A model generated the notes under the pieces. It was not told the DNA's origin, did no database searches, and saw only the letters and a program-made list of their open reading frames with translations. The position numbers and the translations under genes were made by a program. A DNA stretch of 64,000 bases from Macrostomum lignano (Eukaryota), in contig NIVC01002068.1 in NCBI GenBank assembly GCA_002269645.1, positions 1 to 64,000 of the forward strand, given 5' to 3'. Positions 12,935 to 24,292 of this stretch are shown piece after piece (position 1 is the stretch's first letter; every line of letters begins with the position of its first letter).

Positions 12935-15900
12935 ATGTATGATGAATATGGTTATCCTATTGAAGAAGATAAAATGTAAGTTTAATATTTGTAAACAATA
13001 ATTTACTGTTAGTATATTGCCTACAGATTTTGGTATTTTGTTATCTGAATCACAGCGAAATGATAGAGTTATTTCAAAATTATAAAATTAAGTATCATTC
13101 ACATGCAGAATTATCGTTTCACTTCGTACTTTTCTACTTTTGTAAGCCTAAGAGATAAACAGCAAGTGCAATGGCACAAAAAGTGGAGAGGAGGGTGGAT
13201 AATGGAGTCAAAGACTCAAAAAGGGTCAGAAACAATTTTAAAGTAGGCAATTGCAATTTTTAATGCTTGTTTGTATTTACAGGCTTCAATCCCAATCCTA
13301 AATCTATATCCAATTTAAACTGTTTTAGAATATAAGATAAGACACTTTGAAATAAAGTATGCAATTGCAACATTTAAACAGATTCATTCATTTTTCTCAA
13401 ATAGATATAGAAGAGAAAGAGAAAAGAGATTTAAAAGTATAAAAAAATGCTATCAATTGGCTTATGCTTAATAATTCTTATAAATGTCTATATTTTAGGC
13501 TTTTTTAAAAGTCTTACTCTTTGATTGTGAAAGATGTTTTAATTTATTTTATATATGTTTATACTAGTATGAATTTATGCATTGATATTTTTTTAAACCT
13601 GCTATCTCAATATGACAATATATATTATGTATATATTTTTTATTTTCTTACCTTTTGTTATATATATACTTTACAAAATATCTGTTAAAAATTTTTCTTA
13701 GCTAAATCATAATGGAAAAAGGTGATGCTTCCAAGGGTTTTTATATGCCATTAAGCACATTTTGTGATGATCCAACTGGTCCTAATGAACTTGTGAGCAT
13801 GCCTCATGATACAAGGTAAGTATGATGTTATAGAGGCATAACTATTTTTATATTTAATAAAGCCATTATTGCTCTAAGTTTATTATTCTAATCTATGAAT
13901 TTTCTAACAAAATTTAGACATTGTAATATCTAAAATATGAAATGTTCTTTAATAGTTTATTAGTAATAAAACCAAATTGATAATAATATTTAATAATCAA
14001 AATACTTTCCTAACCCTATAAAAACATTTTATGTACAGTTTTTAATGTTTTGACTAGTTTTGATTGCAATTTTAACTTTCAATATTTATATTTATGTGTT
14101 TAGTTCCATAAATTTGAAAATAGTTATAAATTTATATTTATAACAGGGGCATGCGAGTCACCTCTGGCGTGGTTTCTCTAGAGAAAGACCCACAGAACCT
14201 CATTGGCATTAGCATTGGCGGCGGGGCACCATACTGCCCATGTCTGTATGTGGTGCAGATCTTTGACAATACCCCGGCAGCGAAAGAGGGCACTCTGAAA
14301 AGTGGCGATGAAATTGTCAGCGTCAATGGGCAGAGTGTCAAGTCCAAGAGCAAAGTGGAGGTGGCGCGGCTCATTCAGAGCTTCAAGGTGTGTTGCCTGA
14401 ACTGAGGTTTATTGGGGTGACAGCTGCTGCTGAAGTTGGGGTGACAGCTGGTGCTGATGTTGGGGTGACAGCTGGTGCTGATGTTGGGGTGACAGCTGCT
14501 GCTGATGTTGGGGTGACAGCTGCTGCTGATGTTGGGGTGACAGCTGCTGCTGATGTTGGGGTGACAGCTGCTGCTGATGTTGGGGTGACAGCTGCTGCTG
14601 ATGTTGGGGTGACGAATGCTGCTGATGTTGGGGTGACGAATGCTGCTGATGTTGGGGTGACAGATGCTGCTGACGTTGGGGTGACAGCTGCTGCTGACGT
14701 TGGGGTGACAGCTGCTGCTGACGTTGGGGTGACAGCTGCTGTTGATGTTAAAGTGACGAATGCTGCTGACGTTGGGGTGACAGATGCTGCTGATGTTGGG
14801 GTGACAGCTGCTGCTGATGTTGGGGTGACAGCTGCTGCTGATGTTGGGGTGACAGATGCTGCTGATGTTGGGGTGACAGCTGCCGTTGTACACATACTTG
14901 AGCCCGCACCCGGCATTGCAGGGCGCGGTCACCATCGGTTACAACTGCTTGCATGCCGATCCAAAGCAGGGCAAGAGTTTGGATATCAGTAAGTGGGAAA
15001 ATGTTTTAACGGCATTTATTGAGAATTATTGTTATTAATAGCCTATTTCATTTATTACGGTATGCTATTTTTATCTTCCGTTGAAGTATTTTTGCAGTGC
15101 AGCCTAATAATTGACATGAACATGGCAACTCCGATAACATTGCATTATGTGTTAAATCACTTGATACCGGATTCTTTAATTTAGGTTTTGAATTAATATT
15201 CATGATACCTGCCTTCCGCATTCTCTCACTCCTACCCCTCTCCTACCCCTCGTACCCCTCTCCTACCCCTGTCTCTCCTACCCCTCTCCTACCCCTGTCT
15301 CTCCTACCCCTCTCCTACCCCTCTCCTACCCTCTCCTACCCCTCTCCTACCCCTCTCCTACCCCTGTCTCTCCTACCCCTCTCCTACCCCTCTCCTACCC
15401 TCTCCTACCTGTCTCTCCTACCCCTCTCCTACCCCTCTCCTACCCTCTCCTACCCCTCTCCTACCCTCTCCTACCCCTCTCCTACCCCTCTCCTACCCTC
15501 TCCTACCCCTCTCCTACCCTCTCCTACCCCTCTCGTACCCTCTCGTACCCCTCTTCTACCCTCTCCTACCCCTCTCCTACCCCTCTCCTACCCTCTCCTA
15601 CCCCTCTCCTACCCTCTCCTACCCCTCTCGTACCCTCTCCTACCCCTCTTCTACCCTCTCCTACCCCTCTCCTACCCTCTCCTACCCCTCTCCTACCCCT
15701 GTCTTCCCTACCCTCTACTATTTTTCCCTCTTAAAATTCATCAGGGAAACCACAGCCACAACATTAACGATTTCATTCTTTTGGCTTCATGTCACATCTA
15801 TTTTTAAAATCGCCCTTCTGCTTTTTAGACGTTACAAATTTATGTAATTAATTTATTAATGTTCAAGCATTTAAGTTGCCGTTGTACATGTCACTCTCGG

Positions 15901-18900
15901 CGCACCCTTGAAAACTATTAAAGTCCTTAAGAAGGCGAAGCACAGGGTAGTGGATACGATGTCCAGCTCGACCGCGGACGGCCTCGGCCTCTCCAGAGCC
16001 GTGCTGGTCAACGGTAAGATTTCCAACCCGACCATAAAACATTTTCAAATTTCAATTCCAATTTTCTATTCATTTCTCGAATCTTTGTCCCTTTTTCAAT
16101 CGTTTTTTTCTAGGGCTTGACTGAAATGTTTTTGGTGGTAAATCATAACTTGTATATTTTTGTTTGATTGCGCACTGGGCTGCTGGCACAGGACGGGTTT
16201 CGGTGCGCGGTGTAAAAGTACATTTACATGCTAGATGTAGTTTCTCTGGATAGTTGCTAAATAATAGCATAACCCGCTTCGCCATGCAAACCGTATATAA
16301 TTATAGTACTGAAGAAAGTGAAGCACAAGGTTGTTGAGAACATGTCCAACGACACGGCTGACGCTCTGGGCCTTAGCCGGGCCATTCTGTGCAACGGTTT
16401 GACCTGACTGTTGTGCACTTTTCTTTTTATTTGTTGTACACACAAAATATAGCGCTTAGTTTTTCTTCTCCGCTACTTATAGTAGGATAGTTTGGATATT
16501 TGAGAAAAGAATATTGACTGAAATTTAAAACTTACCGATTACTTTTACCTTCGAAAATTGCCTTTTCTCTGTCAAAGTACCTGTTGTCCTTGTGTTTTCG
16601 TTGTGATTGAATGGTACTTGCTTCATTCTCGCGCCGCAGTCTGCTCAACATTTTCACCTGAATATTCGCCGTAGACTTCCACTTCGCATAGCGTCAACGC
16701 CTCCTTTAGTTTAGTTGCTATGGTAACGCTGTTGCCTCGCAGTCCCCGGCAGTCCAGCGTAGCCCAAGCCTTGCTGGCCAGGGAGGCTGAGTGCTGGCAC
16801 ACGGAGCCGCCGATTGACAGGTCAAAATCGTCCAGTCTGTCTGGGCAGCAGTCCTGCCTGTTCCATACGGTCACATTGGCCACGCTGACCTCTCCCTGTT
16901 CGAGTTGGGTGTATAGAATGATCTTTGTTGTTACTCCAATGCTGCGAGTTATCCGAGAGTTTCCATGAACTCTAGCTTCCAATGCCCGTGAGCTCTAAAG
17001 TCTTGTGAATCACATATACCGATCCGTTGCTACTTGTGAATAGTAGCTCCAAAGTCATGTGAATAGTAACTCCTAAGTCTTGTGAATAGTAACTCCTAAG
17101 TCTTGTGAATAGTAACTCCAAAGTCTTGTGAATAGTAGCTCCAAAGTCTGGTGAATAGTAGCTTTAAAGTCTTATGAATAGTAGCTTCAAAGTCTTGTGA
17201 ATAGTAGCTTCAAAGTCTTGTGAATAGTAGCTTCAAAGTCTTATGAAAAGTAACTTTAAATTCTTGTGAATAGAGCTTCAAAGTCTTGTGAATAGTAGCT
17301 TTAAATTCCTGTGAATAGTAGCTTCAAAGTCTTGTGAATAGTAGCCTCAAATTCCCATGAATTCTAGCTCCAAATTTCTATGAACGCTAGCTCCAAATTT
17401 CTATGAACGCTAGCTCCAAATTCCCGTGAACGCTAGCTCCAAATTCCCATGAAAGCTAGCTCCAAATTCCCGTGAACGCTAGCTCCAAATTCCCATGAAA
17501 GCTAGCTCCAAATTTCCGTGAACGCTAGCTCCAAATTCCCATGAAAGCTAGCTCCAAATTTCCGTGAACGCTAGCTCCAAATTCCCATGAAAGCTAGCTC
17601 CAAATTTCCGTGAACGCTAGCTCCAAATTCCCATGAAAGCTAGCTCCAAATTTCCGTGAACGCTAGCTCCAAATTCCCATGAAAGCTAGCTCCAAATTTC
17701 TGTGAACGCTAGCTCCGGATTTCCGTGAACGCTAGCTCAAATTCCCGTGAACGCTGGCTCCAAATTCCCATGAAAGCTAGCTCCAAATTTCCGTGAACGC
17801 TAGCTCCGGATTTCCGTGAACGCTAGCTCAAATTCCCGTGAACGCTGGCTCCAAATTCCCATGAAAGCTAGCTCCAAATTTCCGTGAACGCTAGCTCCAA
17901 ATTCCCGTGAAAGCTAGCTCCAAATTTCCGTGAACGCTAGCTCCAAATTTCCGTGAACGCTAGCTCCAAATTCCCATGAAAGCTAGCTCCAAATTTCCGT
18001 GAACGCTAGCTCCAAATTTCTATGAACGCTAGCTCCAACTTCCCGTGAACGCTAGCTCCGGATTCCCGTGAACGCTAGCTCCAAATTCCCATGAAAGCTA
18101 GCTCCAAATTTCCGTGAACGCTAGCTCCAAATTCCCGTGAACGCTAGCTCCGGATTTCCGTGAACGCTAGCTCCAAATTCCCGTGAACGCTAGCTCCGGA
18201 TTTCCTTGAACGCTAGCTCCAACTTTCCGTGAACGCTAGCTCCGGATTTCCGTGAACGCTAGCTCTAAATTCCCGTGAACGCTAGCTCCGTATTTCCCCC
18301 AATTCCCGCAAATACTTGCCGCAAAGAAGCCGGTCCACCAGCCCCCGAAAGCTCTCCTCTGGGTGTGGGTGCAGCTGCCTCGGCTGAATGTGCTGTCGGT
18401 GATTCCGTCAATCGCTCGCTGGCAGACGCCCCCATGGTCCACGCTGTTCTGACTGCAGCTCGTAAATTTTAATTTAGCGCAATCGATGCCCCCTTCTACT
18501 ACGAGTAGAATAAGCGCCAACCACGCCGTGGTCCTGGAAGATATCGGACTGCAATGAGAGTTTGCTTCACGAAGGCAGTCTGGTCTTCTCTGTGTTATTT
18601 TCCTTTGTTGTTGTGGATTTTGCTAAATAATTATAGTTTTCAATCAATAGTTTTGATTGTGGTTTCGGCATGAGGTCTTCAGGTTTCCAGTTTTTGAGAT
18701 TTCCCGTTTATGAGATTTCCCGTTTATGAGATTTCCCGTTTATGAGATTTCCCGTTTATGAGATTTCCCGTTTATGAGATTTCCCGTTTATGAGATTTCC
18801 CGTTTATGAGATTTCCCATTTATGAGATTTCCTACTTTTGAGATTTTCAGTTTGTGAGATTTCCAGCTTATGAGATTTCCAGCTTGTGAGTTTTCCAGCT

Positions 18901-21900
18901 TGTGAAATTTCTAATGAGATTTCCAGCTCATGAGATTTCCTGCTTGTACGATTTCCAATTTGTAAGATTTTCAGTCTATAAGATTTCCTGTTTATGAGAT
19001 TTCGAGTTTGAGATTTCCAGCTTGTGAGATTTCCATCTTGTGAGATTTCTATCTAGTGAGGTTTCCATCTTGTGAGATTACCAGCTTGTGAGATTTCCAT
19101 CTTTGAGCCTCCCTTTAAGCCATGTCTTCATTAACCCTTTGACGCTTGGCATCTCAGCAACACAATCAGATTGTGACTTTTACAACCGGATATGAAATTC
19201 GTTCAAATAATGAAACCTAATCATTTGGTTTAGATGGACAACAAATCTAGATGGGTGTTAGATAGGTGTTAGCTGCAGTATACAGATTTTTAGCTTGAGA
19301 GTTCCATTTAGTGAGATTTCCATTCTATGAGATTTCCAGCTTGTGAGATTTCCAGCTTGTGAGATTTCCAGCTTGTGAGATTTCCAGCTTGTGAGATTTC
19401 TATCTAGTGAGATTTCCATTCTATGAGAATTCCAGCTTGTGAGATTTCCAGATTGTGAGATTTCCATCTAGTGGGATTTCCAGCTAGTGAGATTTCCAGC
19501 TTGTGAGATTTCCAGCTTGTGAGATTTCCATCTAGTGGGATTTCCATCTAGTGGGATTTCCATCTAGTGGGATTTCCATCTAGTGGGATTTCCATCTAGT
19601 GAGATTTCCAGCTTGTGAGATTTCTATCTAGTGAGATTTCCATTCTATGAGAATTCCAGCTTGTGAGATTTCCAGATTGTGAGATTTCCATCTAGTGGGA
19701 TTTCCAGCTAGTGAGATTTCCATCTAGTGGGATTTCCATCTAGTGAGATTTCCAGCTTTTGAGATTTCCAGATTGTGAGATTTCCATCTAGTGGGATTTC
19801 CAGCTAGTGAGATTTCCAGCTTGTGAGATTTCCAGCTTGTGAGATTTCCATCTAGTGGGATTTCCAGCTAGTGAGATTTCCATCTAGTGGGATTTCCATC
19901 TAGTGAGATTTCCAGCTTTTGAGATTTCCAGATTGTGAGATTTCCATCTAGTGGGATTTCCAGCTAGTGAGATTTCCAGCTTGTGAGATTTCCAGCTTGT
20001 GAGATTTCCATCTAGTGGGATTTCCATCTAGTGGGATTTCCATCTAGTGGGATTTCCATCTAGTGAGATTTCCAGCTTGTGAGATTTCTATCTAGTGAGA
20101 TTTCCATTCTATGAGAATTCCAGCTTGTGAGATTTCCAGATTGTGAGATTTCCATCTAGTGGGATTTCCAGCTAGTGAGATTTCCATCTAGTGGGATTTC
20201 CATCTAGTGAGATTTCCAGCTTTTGAGATTTCCAGCTTGTGAGATTTCTATCTAGTGAGATTTCCATTCTATGAGAATTCCAGCTTGTGAGATTTCTAGA
20301 TTGTGAGATTTCCATCTAGTGGGATTTCCAGCTAGTGAGATTTCCAGCTTGTGAGATTTCCAGCTTGTGAGATTTCTATCTAGTGAGATTTCCATTCTAT
20401 GAGAATTCCAGCTTGTGAGATTTCTAGATTGTGAGATTTCCATCTAGTGGGATTTCCAGCTAGTGAGATTTCCAGCTTGTGAGATTTCCAGCTTGTGAGA
20501 TTTCCATCTAGTGGGATTTCCAGCTAGTGAGATTTCCATCTAGTGGGATTTCCATCTAGTGAGATTTCCAGCTTGTGAGATTTCTATCTAGTGAGATTTC
20601 CATTCTATGAGAATTCCAGCTTGTGAGATTTCCAGCTTGTGAGATTTCCATCTAGTGGGATTTCCAGCTAGTGAGATTTCCAGCTTGTGAGATTTCCATC
20701 TAGTGGGATTTCCATCTAGTGAGATTTCCAGCTTTTGAGATTTCGAGCTTGTGAAATTACCATTTTATGAAATAGCATATGGAATATCGTAGATTCGGGT
20801 TGCAGTTGTTTCAAATAGATATCGATTTCATTTAGCTATAATCCTGCTATCAATAATTGTCTCGTGTTGTGCCGGTCTCTGGTAAAATATGAATATTAAT
20901 ATTATTAAATAAAGCTAGTCTTAACTCTTCTAAGTTTCCCAAATCCCTGCTCCAGACGGCCTACTGAAGAAGCTGGACGAGATGAACCGGACAGCCGGGA
21001 TGTTCTTCGGCCTGATGAACCAGACTAAGTCCTTAATTAAGGCTTTTTATCGGCTCAGCCAGGTGCAGCGGGTGTTCGGCGAGATTCTGTCTGAGGTCGG
21101 GGTGAAGGAGCCGCAGCCTCGGGCCTCGGAGGCGTTCACCCAGTTTGGCGGGACTCACCGCAGGATGGAGCAGGCGGCCATCGAGTGCTTGAAGACTGTG
21201 AAGCCGGTGGGTGCTGCTGCTGCTATATCTTTCTGGATCCATAGAACATTTTTGTTTGCAGAACAGGCAAACCGGGGTTTTTATAAGCTAAGCTAACGCC
21301 TCTTCCCTGCCAGATTGTTTGCTGTAAAAATAAAACTCAGTTTGCCTTGGGCCCACTTACCGGTAATTCCCGCGTCAGTCATTATTATTAGTACCAGTTT
21401 TGTGAGGCCCGCATTCCTGTATGGCTGGGAGTATGTTTTATAAGCGATTAGAGGCTCCTATTATGATATCTTATTTAGAACTCATATCCCAATATCATTA
21501 CTTGAATCCGAAATCTCATTACTCAAATCCCAAATCTCATTACTCAAATCCCAAATCTCATTACTCAAATCCCAAATCTCATTGCTCAAATCCCAAATCT
21601 CATTACTAAATCCCAAATCTCATTACTCAAATCCCAAATCTCATTACTCAAATCCCAAATCTCATTACTCAAATCCCAAATGTCATTACTCAAATCCCAA
21701 ATCTCATGACTCAAATCCCTAATCTCATTACTCAAATCCCAAATCTCATTACTCAAATCCTAATCTCATTACTCAAATCCCCAATCTCATTGCTCAAATC
21801 CTAGTCTAACTACTCAAATCCCAATCTCACGGATCCTCTTCAAATCCCTCGAATTCCCTCCAAGATGATCAGCGATATGAACACATTCCTGACTAAAGTG

Positions 21901-23996
21901 GTGCCCGACACTCGACTGACTGTAAAGAAATATCTGGATTGCAAATTCGAATATTTGGTGAGTTGTTTGTTCGAGTATTTGTTTCGATGCAACGAATACT
22001 GATACGGAATTTGATGTTTGAAAACTTCACACCTCAAAATTGCAGTCCTACTGTCTCAAAGTGAAAGAGATGGATGATGAAGAGTACAGCTTTGCCGCGC
22101 TTCAGGAGCCGCTTTATCGGGTGGAGACCGGGAATTATGAGTACAGGTGAGGCTGTTGTGAGTACAGGTGAGGCTGTTGTGAGTACAGGTGAGGCTGTTA
22201 TGAGTACAGGTGAGGCTGTTGTCAGTACAGGTGAGGCTGTTGTCAGTACAGGTGAGACTGTTGTCAGTACAGGTGAGGCTGTTGTGAGTACTGGTGAGGC
22301 TGTTGTGAGTCTCAGAATAGCTATTATAGTACTTAATAAGATCCCACATCCCACTGTATTCCCTGCTCAGGCTGATCCTCCGCTGCCGTCAGGAAGCCAG
22401 AAGCCGGTTTGCCAAGATGCGCAATGATGTGCTGGTGAAGATCGAGCTGCTGGACAACAAGCACGGTGAGCGGCGACTTCCAATTCTGACTTCTTTAATT
22501 TCGATCAAACCTCACCCCCAATATCAAATCTCATCATCCGATATCAAATCTCACCCACCCAATATCAAATCTCATACACCCAGTACAAATCTCACCTACT
22601 GATTTTCAATCTCACCCACCCAATATGAAATCTCACCCACCCAATATGAAATCTCACCCACCCAATATGAAATCTCACCCACCCAATATGAAATCTCACC
22701 CACCCAATATGAAATCTCACCCACCCAATATCAAATCTCATACACCCAGTACAAATCTCACCTACTGATTTTCAATCTCACCCACCCAATATGAAATCTC
22801 ACCCACCCAATATTAAACCTCACCCACCCAATATTAAATTTCACCCACCCAATATTAAATCTCACCCACCCAATATTAAATCTCACCCACCCAATATTAA
22901 ATCTCACCCACCCAATATTAAATCTCACCCACCCAATATGAAATCTCACCCACCCAATATTAAATCTCACCCACCCAATATGAAATCTCACCCACCCAAT
23001 ATTAAATCTCACCCACCCAATATTAAATCTCACCCACCCAATATTAAATCTCACCCACCCAATATTAAATCTCACCCACCCAATATTAAATCTCACCCAC
23101 CCAATATTAAATCTCACCCACCCAATATGAAATCTCACCCACCCAATATTAAATCTCACCCACCCAATATTAAATCTCACCCACCCAATATTAAATCTCA
23201 TACACCCAATATGAAATCTCACCCACCCAATATTAAATCTCACCCACCCAATATTAAATCTCATACACCCAATATGAAATCTCACCCACCCAATATTAAA
23301 TCTCACCCACCCAATATTAAATCTCACCCACCCAATATTAAATCTCATACACCCAATATGAAATCTCACCCACCCAATATTAAATCTCACCCACCCAATA
23401 TTAAATCTCATACACCCAATATCAAATTTCACCCACCCAATATTAAATCTCACCCACCCAATATTAAATCTCACCCACCCAATATGAAATCTCACCCACC
23501 CACTATCGAATCTCATCCATCCAATATCAAATTTGCAATCTCTCTCATTAATTATCAAATCTATCAAATTATCAAGTCTCACTATTAAAAGTACATCTAC
23601 AGTTCATCGCGCAATAGCCGTCACCTCGCCCATGCAGTGCAGGACACGGTGTCCCAGTTGCAGTGCCTGGTCCAGGCCATGAGCAAGTACCACAATGACT
23701 GCTGCGAAGTGATGAAGGGCTGCAGAATCTTCCCAATCGAGATGGACCTGAACAAGAACAGCTTCCAATATGAGAGCACCACTCCGCTGCACGAGGACGA
23801 GGACGATGAGGACGACGCTGACGAGCCCCGGTCCGGCGTCAGGGAGTTCCGCGACTCGCCTCAGGCGCCGTTCGCCGCGTGGGACGCCGCCGCTCCCGCC
23901 GCTGCCGCCGCCCCCGCCGCCTCTGCCGCGGTGTCTGCGGTCGCCAACAGCAGCGAGTCACCTGGCGGAGATGAACCGCTGCTGAAGCTGGGCTGA
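12935..23996 (+). CDS. PICK1: Protein interacting with C kinase 1 (PDZ + BAR/arfaptin domain), about 445 aa
   Basis: Exons 12935-12975, 14147-14387, 14922-14988, (15924-16013 or 16307-16396), 20956-21206, 21865-21957, 22046-22146, 22371-22465, 23638-23996; 1338 nt with one copy of exon 4. Motifs EEDKMG, NLIGISIGGGAPYCPCLYVVQIFDNTPAA, ADALGLSRAILCND, KKYLDCKFEYLSYCLKVKEMDDEEY, FPIEMDL and an acidic tail. Confidence 0.95.
13712..13815 (+). CDS. PICK1: Candidate alternative first coding exon of PICK1
   Basis: Acceptor tttttcttag at 13701, ATG at 13712, MEKGDASKGFYMPLSTFCDDPTGPNELVSMPHDT, and strong donor ag|gtaagt in phase 2, compatible with the exon at 14147. Confidence 0.55.
14410..14885. repeat. 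24-bp minisatellite in PICK1 intron
   Basis: Unit tggggtgacagctgctgctgatgt. Confidence 0.95.
15230..15720. repeat. 11/12-bp pyrimidine-rich minisatellite
   Basis: (cctctcctacc)n in PICK1 intron 3. Confidence 0.95.
15924..16013 (+). CDS. PICK1: PICK1 exon 4a (divergent duplicate)
   Basis: aag|tccttaag..aacg|gtaaga; encodes (I)LKKAKHRVVDTMSSSTADGLGLSRAVLVN; 90 nt, phase 1-1. Confidence 0.8.
16307..16396 (+). CDS. PICK1: PICK1 exon 4b (closer to canonical)
   Basis: tatag|tactgaag..aacg|gtttga; encodes (I)LKKVKHKVVENMSNDTADALGLSRAILCN; 90 nt, phase 1-1. Confidence 0.85.
16623..18548 (-). CDS. F-type lectin (fucolectin/tachylectin-4) domain protein, nested antisense in a PICK1 intron
   Basis: Exons 18548-18320 and 16895-16623, joined by a GC-AG intron (gcg|gcaagt). 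Encodes RAIDG..SCTHT..WWTGFFAGEVSVANVTVWNRQDCCPDRL..LTLCEVEVYG, with the H..RxDxxxxR fucose-binding motif. A hydrophobic AWLALILLVV precedes the domain; the start codon is unresolved. Confidence 0.85.
16960..18290. repeat. About 20-23-bp minisatellite filling the lectin intron
   Basis: Units grade from gtgaatagtagctccaaagtctt to gtgaacgctagctccaaattccc. Confidence 0.95.
18690..20765. repeat. 16-bp minisatellite (gtgagatttccagctt and variants)
   Basis: About 2 kb array with recurring higher-order variant blocks, interrupted at about 19105-19300. Confidence 0.95.
21505..21830. repeat. 21-bp minisatellite caaatcccaaatctcattact
   Basis: Direct tandem copies in a PICK1 intron. Confidence 0.95.
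22138..22310 (+). repeat. 21-bp array of the PICK1 exon/intron junction
   Basis: Unit gagtacag|gtgaggctgttgt. Donor-like GT at 22147, 22168, 22189, 22210, 22231, 22252, 22273 and 22294. Confidence 0.95.
22520..23530. repeat. 21-bp minisatellite aaatctcacccacccaatatt
   Basis: Tandem copies in the last PICK1 intron; source of the NIKSHPP and IGWVRFN pseudo-ORFs. Confidence 0.95.
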
Positions 23997-24292
23997 CTGA
24001 AGGTGTGGGATTGAGCTCCAACTCAAGCTGAGGGTGTGGGATTGATCTCCAACTCAGGCTGAGGGTGTGGGGTTGAGCTCCAACTCAAGCTGAGGGTGTG
24101 GGATTGAACTCCAACTCAGGCTGAGGGTGTGGGATTGAACTCCAACTCAAGCTGAGGGTGTGGGATTGAACTCCAACTCAGGCTGAGGGTGTGGGATTGA
24201 TCTCCAACTCAGGCTGAGGGTGTGGGGTTGAGCTCCAACTCAGGCTGAGGGTGTGGGATTGAGCTCCAACTCAGGCCGAGGGTGTGGGATTA
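23995..24292. repeat. 31-bp minisatellite starting at the PICK1 stop codon
   Basis: Unit gctgagggtgtgggattgaactccaactcag. Confidence 0.95.

Noticed and set aside
14375-14992. Mucin- or antifreeze-like repeat ORFs (VTPTSAAA, HPNISSSC)
   Set aside because: They lie within a PICK1 intron bounded by valid splice sites; 24-bp repeat translation.
22758-23588. NIKSHPP / IGWVRFN ORFs
   Set aside because: Translations of an intronic 21-bp repeat.
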